64,000 nt of DNA from Eledone cirrhosa (lineage: Eukaryota), in the NCBI GenBank assembly GCA_964016885.1, contig OZ024745.1, positions 128,836,001-128,900,000 of the forward strand, given 5' to 3'. The notes beneath the pieces are model-generated. The model did no database searches. It saw nothing but the letters and a program-made list of their open reading frames with translations, and was not told the DNA's origin. Below, piece after piece: positions 53,806 through 64,000 of the stretch (its first letter is position 1; each line of letters starts with the position of its first letter). A program made the translations under genes and the position numbers.

Positions 53806-54139
53806 CGTGTATATATATATATACGTGTATATATATATAAACACACAGAACCAGAAATTGTATATATAAATAAATATATACATATATTTATATATATATA
53901 TATATAATGTATAAATAAATAATATATAGAATGTATTTATACATAAATAATATATATAATGTATATGTATAAATAAATAATGTATATGTCAAAATAAATA
54001 TATCTGTATATATAAATAAATAAATAAATAGATATATATATGTATATATATAATAAATATGTATATATATAAATAAATATGTATATGTATATATATAAAT
54101 AAATATGTATATGTATATGCATATATATAAATAAATATG

Positions 54140-54173
<34 letters not shown>

Positions 54174-55332
54174 GATATACATACAAATATATATATATAT
54201 ATATAGATATACATATAAATATATATATATAGATATACATACAAATATATATATATAAATACATATATAAATATAGATATAGATACATACATACATATAT
54301 ATATATAGATATACATACATACATATATATATATAGATATACATACAAATATATATATATATAGATATACATACATATATATATATATATATAGATATAC
54401 ATACAAATATATATATATATAAATGCATATATATATATATATAGATATACATACAAATATATATAAATGCATATATATATATATAGATATACATACAAAT
54501 ATATATAAATACATATATACATACACATATATAGATATAAATATATAAAATTTATGGTTGGTTCTGTGTGTTTATATGTATGTGTAATGTGTAATATATG
54601 TGTATATATACACAAACATTACACATTGCTTTGATATGTGTATATTGAGGTTTCAATTAGTGGAGCATTCCCCATATATAATGTGCTGTGCTTGTATTTT
54701 CTGGTTGTGTGTATATATGTATGTGTATATATGTATATATGTGTGTATATGTATGTGTATGTGTGAGAGAGAGAGAACGCAGCACAGTAATTTGCCATGA
54801 TGGTGTACGCTAAATAATGTGTTGTGTGGAACAATGAGTAATGCAGTGTGTATGTGTGTGTGTGTGTGTGTATATATGTGTGTGTGTAAATGTAATATGG
54901 TGTAATTATTTTTGTGGAGGCTGTGTTCCTGTACTATTTATTATAGTATATAATGTAGTCTAGTGAGTGAGTGTGTGTGTGTGTGTGTGTGTGTAGGCGT
55001 GTAGTTGGTTTGTTAGTCTTTGGTGCATATGTGAATGTGTGTATTATGTGGTGTTGTGTGTTTGTGTGTGTTTTGTAGTATGTGATGTGGTGTGGTGTGT
55101 GTTTGTGTGTGTTTTGTAGTATGTGATGTGGTGTGGTGTGTGTTTGTGTGTGTTTTGTAGTATGTGATGTGGTGTAGTGTGTGTTTGTGTGTATTTTGTA
55201 GTATGTGTGTGTATAGGCGTGTTGGATATTCTTTGGTGTGTGTATGTATATTTTCTACTATGTGGTGTGTATGTGTGAATCTATTGAGTTGTTTCTGATG
55301 TGGTAATATAGTGTGATGTGTGTGTGTATATA

Positions 55333-55369
<37 letters not shown>

Positions 55370-55397
55370 CATTATATAGTTATTGTAGTATGTCTGA

Positions 55398-55876
55398 TAT
55401 CATCATCATCATTTTACATCTGCTTTTCCCTGCTTGCAAGGGTGGGATGGGAAATGATTCTGGGTTGATTTCTACAGCTGGATGCTCTTCCTAACACCAA
55501 CCTCATTTACAGTGTGGACTGGGTGCGTTTTTGCCGTGGCACCTCCACGACCAGTTTACAGTGTGGGCTGGGTGCTTTTTTGCCGTGGCACCTCCACGAC
55601 CACTTTACAGTGTGAGCTGGGTGCTTTTTTGCCGTGGCACCTCCACGACCACTTTACAGTGAGTGCTGGGTGCTTTTTTGCTGTAGCACCTCCACGACCA
55701 CTTTGCAGTGGAATGATAGGGACCCCAGTCTCTATCATCTCATTTCTACAGCTGAGTAAACTGGAACAATGGGAAATAAAGTGTCTTGCTCAAGGAAACA
55801 ACACATCACTCAGTCTGAGAATTGAACTCACAACCTTTCGATTGCAAGGCCTTTAACCACTAAGCCATGTGCCTCC
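55398..55876 (-). mobile_element. CORE-like SINE family B with an internal ~48-bp segment repeated 4x
   Basis: TTTACAGTG..CTGGGTGC.TTTTTGCCGTGGCACCTCCACGACCAC x4 over about 55506-55702. Confidence 0.92.
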
Positions 55877-56159
55877 ATATATATATATATGTGTGTCTGT
55901 GTGTACTTTGTATTATGTAAATACTATCTTTGTAATGTGTATATTATGAGATTTGTCTGATGTTGTATAAGTATGTGGTGTGTGTGTTTTTGTATTGTAT
56001 AATGTACGTGTGTATTGTGTAAAGTATGTGTGTATTGTGTAATGTATGTGTATATCATGTAATCATTTTACACATGTTTTACACATCTGGTGGTGTGTGT
56101 GTGCATATTTTAATATTGTAATGTATGTATGTTTGTGTTTGAATTTCATGGTGTGTCTT

Positions 56160-56625
56160 GTGTGTGATAGAATTATAGTAATATTATGTGATGTGTGTGT
56201 GTGTGATAGAATTTCTATAGTAATATTATGTGATCTGTGTGTGTGTGTGATAGAATTTCTATAGTAACATTATGTGATGTGTGTGTGATAGAATTTCTAT
56301 AGTAATAATATGTGATCTGCGTGTGTGATAGAATTTCTATAGTAATAATATGTGATGTGTGTGTGTGTGTGTGATTGAATTTCTATAGTAACATTATGTG
56401 ATGTGTGTGTGTGTGATAAAATTTCTATAGTAATAATGTGATCTGTGTGTGTGATAGAATTTCTATAGTAACATTATGTGATGTGTGTGTGATAGAATTT
56501 CTATAGTAATAATATGTGATGTGTGTGTGTGTGATAGCATCGTAGTAATATGTGATGTGTGTGAGATAGTAATATTATGTGATCCGTGTGTGATAAAATT
56601 ATTATAGTAATATTATGTAATGTGT
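56160..56625 (+). repeat. About 38-46-bp minisatellite GTGATAGAATTTCTATAGTAATATTATGTGAT(GT)n
   Basis: About 11 units. Confidence 0.9.
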
Positions 56626-56867
56626 GTGTGTTCCTTGTATTATGTAATGGGTGTGTTCCTTGTATTATGTAATGTGTGTGTAATGTGATGGGTGTCGGTT
56701 ATCTGATGTGAATAATAAAATGTAATGTAGTAATACAATGTAATGTATGTATGTATTTGTTTGTGTGTGTGTGTGTGTATATATATGTAATAGTTGTGTA
56801 TAGTGGTGTAATTGAATTTGTTTTATGTAATTTGATGAATGTGTGTCAAATGACATAATATAAGGGA

Positions 56868-57150
56868 GTGTGTTGGCGAATGTGGTTCTGTGTGTGTGTT
56901 AGTGTGGTTCTGTGTGTGTGTTAGTGTGGTTCTGTGTGTGTTGGCGAATGTGGTTCTGTGTGTGTGTTAGTGTGGTTCTGTGTGTGTTGGAGAGTGTGGT
57001 TCTGTGTGTGTGTTAGTGTGGTTCTGTGTGTGTTGGAGAGTGTGGTTCTGTGTGTGTGTGTGTTAGTGTGGTTCTGTGTGTGTTGGAGAGTGTGGTTCTG
57101 TGTGTGTGTGTTAGTGTGGTTCTGTGTGTGTTGGAGAGTGTGTGTGTGTG
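56868..57150 (+). repeat. Minisatellite AGTGTGGTTCTGTGTGTGTT
   Basis: About 12 units. Confidence 0.9.
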
Positions 57151-57464
57151 AGAATGATAAAGAGAACCATAGTAAAGTGTGATAGAGGACAGGATATGGA
57201 GATTAGAAGAGGTGGAATGAGAGAGAGAGAGAGAGAGAGAGAGGGGAGAGGTTAAAGAGAAAGAAGAAGGGTGGAATTAATGAGAGAAGGAGGGAGAGGG
57301 GGTGGGGTGGATGCTACACTGGAACACATCAATAGAAAATAGATTCTGTGTTCATTTATTTAATTAAATTTAAGTTTATTTTAAAATTTTGATATTTTAT
57401 TTATTTTTACTGAGGTATTTTTTCTTCTTCACTCTTAACTGTTGTAATCTCTTTAAAACATGGC

Positions 57465-57925
57465 AGTGTGTGGTGTGTACAGTCTGTGGTGTGTACAGTC
57501 TGTGGTGTGTACACAGTCTGTGGTGTGTACAGTCTGTGGTGTGTGTACACAGTCTGTGGTGTGTACAGTCTGTGGTGTGTGTACACAGTCTGTGGTGTGT
57601 ACACAGTCTGTGGTGTGTACAGTCTGTGGTGTGTGTACACAGTCTGTGGTGTGTACAGTCTGTGGTGTGTGTACACAGTCTGTGGTGTGTGTACACAGTC
57701 TGTGGTGTGTGTACACAGTCTGTGGTGTGTACACACAGTCTGTGTGGTGTGTGTACAGTCTGTATGTGGTGTGTGTACAGTCTGTGTGGTGTGTATACAG
57801 TCTGTCTGTATGTGTATGGTGTGTGTGTGTATGTATACAGTCTGTCTGTGTGTTATGTGTGTGTATGTATACACGGTCTGTATATATATATGGTGTGTGT
57901 ATGTATAGTCTGTGTGTGGTGTGTG
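57465..57925 (+). repeat. 16-20-bp minisatellite CAGTCTGTGGTGTGTA(CA)
   Basis: More than 18 units, decaying rightwards. Confidence 0.92.
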
Positions 57926-58069
57926 TGTATGTGATTACATACATTTATGTAATCAGATTTATGTAGATATGTATATGTGTACACACACACACACACATAA
58001 ACACAGACACACACACACACTCACACACTTACACACTCACACACTTACACACTCACACACTCACACAGA

Positions 58070-58540
58070 TACCAGAGTACTGAAAAGTTCCTAACTTTAA
58101 GAGTATTGTGAAAGGCCTGGTTGGAGACCCAAACTTCCAAGTTCTTTTCACAGAGGGTTTAGAGAAACTGAAGGACCGCTGCAACAAGTGTATGATTCTA
58201 AGAGGGGAATGTGTTAAATAAAATCATAATTAACTGATCCTCCCCTATTTTCTTTTACCCAAAGCCAGGAACTCTTCAGTACGCCCCTCGTATATGTGTA
58301 TATACACACAGGAACTCTTCAGTACGCCCCTCGTATATGTGTATACACACACAGGAACTCTTCAGTATGCCCCTCGTATATGTGTATATACACACAGGAA
58401 CTCTTCAGTACGCCCCTCGTATATGTGTATACACACACAGGAACTCTTCAGTACGCCCCTCGTAAATGTGTATACACACACAAACACACAGGAACTCTTC
58501 AGTACGCCCTTCGTATATGTGTATACACACACAAACACAC
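58070..58540. mobile_element. mariner-like MITE (58070-58292) whose right TIR plus flank is tandemly repeated 6x
   Basis: CAGGAACTCTTCAGTACGCCCCTCGTA near 58266, 58309, 58352, 58395, 58438 and 58489. Confidence 0.85.
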
Positions 58541-59360
58541 AGCTACAATACCTCTCCACATTCTGGTTCAAATTCCACTACAGTCAGCTTTGCCTTTCAT
58601 CCTTTCAAAATCAATAAATAGATAGTAGTGAATTGATTGAATTGTTAGTGTTCAATGAAAAGTTGTTCTGGCTCTTTGTGTTCTGAGTTCAAATTTCACC
58701 AATGGCTGTGTTATCAGCTGCCCCCATGCCCTAAGAGAAGTTGCCAGGGTGAATTACAGCAGACTACAGCAGCAGCATGGCTTAACCGGCAGACAGGCCT
58801 CCCATCATATCAAAACTGTTGTCTTGTCGATACAGGCACTTTGAAGATCAAGCTCTGTGGGAGATTGAACTTAGAATTCTTTCTTTCTCTACAGAAACTT
58901 TGAGACCATCCTCAGCAATGAGAAGACTCTGAGCCCCCCCCCCCCCCCCCCACACACACACATTCACACTGTGTGGATGAGTGTGAGGTGTGTGTTTCTG
59001 TGTAGCTGTTGCCAATATGATTAACTCTTAGTAATAAAAGGTGTGTTGTCTTCCTTATGTTATATTCTAACAGCAGAAACATCACTGTCTTCCTTCTTAT
59101 TAACCCTTTCATGACCATATTTCTCATGAAATACAGAGAATGTGTTTCAATTATTTGGTATTTGTGTGGGTGGGGGGCAATAAATCTAAAATTTGAAAGG
59201 TTTTAATCAAATAACTTTTTCATGAAGATGACTTTAAAAACTCAACAAAAAATTATGATGGAAGGTTTTAAATTAGATATGACCAGTTATAAAATTACAC
59301 CCTCTAGGTATCTGATCCTGGTCATTTCCTTCTATTAGTTAGTATCCAATGTGGTTCGGA

Positions 59361-59573
59361 TTAACCCTTTAATATTTAAACCGGCCAAAACCAGCCTGAA
59401 TTCTCTACCTCTTTCTGTTGAAACTGGTTGTAACTGGTCGCTCAAACTGATGTTAAGGTATTGTTCTCAAAATCTCATAGATTCTATATTATGTGAGATA
59501 ATTATGTGAGGTAAAGTCTTTACCATGAAAATACAATAGTATATATAGAGTAATGTGAATGCTAAAGGGTTAA
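59361..59573 (-). mobile_element. piggyBac-like TTAA MITE, family P1
   Basis: TTAA-CCCTTTAATATT ... AATGCTAAAGGG-TTAA. Confidence 0.85.
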
Positions 59574-60007
59574 TGTTGAAAATATTCAAGAATTTGGAGG
59601 AATTTAGTAAATTAACTAAATTTTGTAATTATTAATGTGAAGTTTGGAACATAATTTAAGAAATGTTCTTACATAAAAAAGAGAGTGTGTGTCAGAGAGA
59701 ATGACAAATCTTGACCATCCAGCACATTTCATGTTATATTTTTACACACTTATACACACACACACTCACACACACTTATATTTTCAGACACTCACACACA
59801 TGCACACAAATTAACACTATTATATTTTTATACACACTCACTCAAATAAATACTATTATATTTTTACATACACACACATAAATAAATATTTTCACACTCA
59901 CACACTGTTATCCTCCTGTTTCATCCTTAATCTTTTCTTTATACATGAACCGTTTCTGGTTAATAAAGAAATCATTATTATTACTATTATTATCATTATT
60001 ATAAAGA

Positions 60008-60170
60008 CATGGCCCTTTACATTCTGAGTTCAAATCCTGCCGAGGTTAACTTTGCCTTTCATCCTTACGTGGTCGATAAAATAAAGTACCAGTAATGCAC
60101 TGGGGTTAATTTAATCAACATTCCCTTCTACCTAAGTTGTTGGCCTTGTACCTAAATCAGAAACAATTAT
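60008..60170 (+). mobile_element. SINE family A, 5'-truncated, long subtype
   Basis: B-box, body and tail match the consensus. Confidence 0.88.
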
Positions 60171-60677
60171 TTAATTTCTACTTGATTTCAGTGTAAACCC
60201 CCACTGTCCCTGCCTATTGTATTGTCCCTCCTTTTGTTTGCCCTTGTGGAAAATAAAAAGAAACAATTATTATTGCTACTATAAGAAAGGAAGGTTGAAT
60301 GACAGAATTGATAGAGTATTCAGAGTTTGTTTTTTTATTTTATTTTATATTGAAATATAAAGAAAATATTGCAAGTGTGGCTTATGAATTATTTGGTTTA
60401 CCAATAATGGCGCTATAGCGAAGGAACTATTAACACTATAGTTATCAACTGGTTCTGGTTCTATGAAATAAAACCACCCATTCTAAAGGTTTCCAATTTA
60501 AATTGAAATCTTCCAACATAATGTTATACAAAATCCTTACATTTAGTATCTTAGTAATGAAATAATTAATAATTTTAGTAAGTCCCTTGAAATTCTACAT
60601 TATTAGTTAATTAAAATAGGGGGTTTTTCATTAGAAATGCAGTCATGAAAGGGTTAAAGTGTACACGAGAGGTTAGT

Positions 60678-60790
60678 CTTCTTCTTCACCCATATATTCC
60701 TGAGAGGGTTGTGGGAGCCGAATCATTGACTTGCTTTCCAGAGAGTCCTATCTGAAGTAGCCATGACCAAATGATTTAGCTGGACCCCCA
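60678..60790 (-). mobile_element. RTE-clade LINE 3' end remnant
   Basis: CTTCTTC..TATTCCTGAGAGGGTTGTGGGA...GCTGGACCCC is homologous to 6711-6818. Confidence 0.7.
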
Positions 60791-61039
60791 GGCAAGATCA
60801 ACAAGGGTTAAAAAAAAACAAAAAAAAAACGTGTTTCTACAGGCCTATTTCAGTTCTGTAGAAGAAATAAAAGAAAAGGTATTTTATTCGACACAAAGGA
60901 AACCTCTGATGGAAATTGTCCACAAATTCTTATATATTATTGGCAAGTATAGGACGTACGTATTCTCCGGTATAAAGTACAGCTATCGTCTGTCAATCTT
61001 GAAAAGTAACTTTAAAAACTTGATTCAGTGGAATGATAC

Positions 61040-61240
61040 GTGATGCCCCAGCCCCGGTGGACAGAATGGAGAAGGCGTTCCCCCGGAGGACGGCAAGGGA
61101 GATGCACTGGAAAAACCACTCCGACTCGCGGGGCTCACACCTGCAAAGTTCTTGGAGGTATGGTGTGAACAGATAGAGCTGTGCTTAGCTGTTATGAATT
61201 TAATGGGCAGATGAGAAATAATCTACGACTAAAAAAAAGC
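61040..61240 (+). mobile_element. Possible highly decayed RTE-like LINE 3' remnant
   Basis: GC-rich patch with frames giving WRRRSPGGRQ.., LAGLT.. and TDRAV, ending at an A-run; frameshifted and weak. Confidence 0.3.
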
Positions 61241-61949
61241 ATAGTCTGTTCTGTTGTGATATAAGGAATCTTCAAAAACTAGATAGATAAATAGATCTAT
61301 AATATGTACTTAGATGTTGTCTTCACTGTGTTGAAGTGAGGTGTGTTGGAGTGAGGTGTGTTTAACTAAATGTTTAGATATACGATGAAATGCCAACAAC
61401 TTGATTTGAACTTAACACCTGTGAGTTGAACTAGACCATCTGTCATGGGATATTTTTAATTTTAAAATAGTTGTGGGGAAAAGCACAAAATCTTGTGTCT
61501 TGTAACTTTCTTGACCAGAGATATTGTCAATCGAATTGGTTTGTCATGGTTAGGTCTCTCCCTCATCACTATCATCATATTATCCTCATATCACTATTGC
61601 CGCCACCATTATGTAGTGTTGTTGGCATTATTTGATCCTATCATCATTACCATCATCATCATCGCCACCACCACCACTGTCATCACCATCACCACCATCA
61701 TCACAATATCAACATCATTGAATTATTATTATTATTATTATTAGTTGTCTTATTTCCTCACCCCAGATTGCCACAGACATGAAAGATGAGAAAAGCTTTG
61801 AGTTTCTGTCTTAGCAGGGGTTTTGTAGCTCAGAATGTCAGACACACCACACCCTGAGATCCCGACTGTATAATGTCAAACTGCTTTCTGCTCTGTCATA
61901 CATAGCACCACCATCATTACTAGTGCCTACACCACTACCTCCAGAGACA

Positions 61950-64000
61950 TCACCACACCACACTATACCATACCATACCACACCATACCACACCATAACA
62001 CACCATACCACACCACACCATACCACATCATACCATACCACACCATAACACACTATACCATACCATACCATACCACACCACACCATACCACACCACACCA
62101 CACCACACCACACCATACCACACCACACCATACCACACCACACCACACCACACCATACCACACCACACCACACCACACCATACCACATCATAACATACCA
62201 TACCACACCACACCATACCACATCATACCACACCACACCACATCATACCACACCACACCATACCACATCATAACATACCATACCACACCACACCATACCA
62301 CATCATACCATACCACACCATACCACACCACACCACACCATACCACACCATACCACACCACACCACACCATACCACATCATACCATACCACACCATACCA
62401 CACCACACCACACCATACCACACCATACCACACCACACCACACCATACCACACCACACCATACCACATCATACCATACCACACCATACCACACCACACCA
62501 CACCATACCACACCATACCACACCACACCACACCATACCACACCACACCATACCACATCATACCACACCACACCACACCATACCACACCACACCATACCA
62601 CATCATACCATACCACACCATACCACACCACACCACACCATACCACACCATACCATACCACACCATACCACACCACACCACACCATACCACACCATACCA
62701 CACCACACCACACCATACCACACCACACCATACCACACCACACCATACCACATCATACCATACCACACCATACCACACCACACCACACCATACCACACCA
62801 TACCATACCACACCACACCATACCACACCACACCATACCACATCATACCATACCACACCATACCACACCACACCACACCATACCACACCATACCACACCA
62901 CACCACACCACACCATACCACACCATACCACACCACACCACACCACACCACACCATACCACACCACACCACACCATACCACACCACACCATACCATACCA
63001 TACCACACCACACCATACCATACCACACCATACCACACCACACCATACCACACCACACCATACCACACCACACCACACCATACCACACCACACCATACCA
63101 TACCACACCATACCACACCACACCATACCATACCACACCATACCACACCACACCATACCACACCACACCATACCACACCACACCACACCATACCACACCA
63201 CACCATACCATACCACACCATACCACACCACACCATACCATACCATACCACACCATACCACACCACACCATACCATACCATACCACACCATACCACACCA
63301 CACCATACCACACCACACCATACCACACCACACCACACCATACCACACCACACCATACCATACCACACCATACCACACCACACCATACCATACCATACCA
63401 CACCATACCATACCACACCACACCATACCATACCACACCATACCACACCACACCATACCATACCACACCGACCACACCATACCACACCATACCACACCAT
63501 ACCACACCATACCATACCACACCACACCATACCACACCACACCATACCATACCACACCATACCACACCACACCATACCATACCATACCACACCATACCAT
63601 ACCACACCACACCATACCATACCACACCATACCACACCACACCATACCATACCACACCGACCACACCATACCACACCATACCATACCACACCACACCATA
63701 CCACACCATACCACACCATACCACACCATACCATACCACACCACACCACACCACACCATACCACACCATACCATACCACACCATACCATACCACACCGAC
63801 CACACCATACCACACCATACCATACCACACCACACCACACCATACCACACCATACCATACCACACCACACCACACCACACCATACCACACCATACCATAC
63901 CACACCATACCATACCACACCACACCACACCACACCACACCATACCATACCACACCACACCACACCACACCATACCACACCATACCGTACCATACCACAC
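61950..64000 (+). repeat. (CCAYA)n pentanucleotide satellite (CACCA/TACCA), >2 kb, runs off the window
   Basis: Direct reading; source of the WCGVV/WYGMV pseudo-ORFs. Confidence 0.98.

Noticed and set aside
58655-58903. 82-aa ORF in non-repetitive-looking sequence
   Set aside because: It begins in a SINE A fragment and has no recognisable motif or splice support

Overview
Non-coding, extremely microsatellite-rich animal genomic DNA. The repeat landscape (long (TA)n/(CA)n/(CT)n tracts, two abundant tRNA-derived SINE families, RTE- and Tx1-like LINE 3' ends, many MITEs) looks like an octopod cephalopod (Octopus-type) intron or intergenic region; the taxon is an inference. No host protein-coding gene can be supported, and nearly all supplied ORFs are translated simple repeats. 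The only credible coding remnants are decayed LINE C-termini. The most notable signal is a set of short, mostly sequence-unrelated elements sitting in or next to (TA)n tracts. Three are near-perfect fold-back palindromes (27282-27404, 37448-37946, 46099-46211). Each carries type I hammerhead-ribozyme architecture with a palindromic stem III: complete at 46154-46208, core-mutated at 37758-37822, 3' half only at 27362-27391. Their tails share a GAGTAC motif about 40-65 nt before the (TA)n junction. This fits non-autonomous or 5'-inverted Penelope-like / retrozyme-type retroelements targeting TA microsatellites. There is one 200-N assembly gap (30428-30627), and the window ends in a >2 kb (CCAYA)n satellite.
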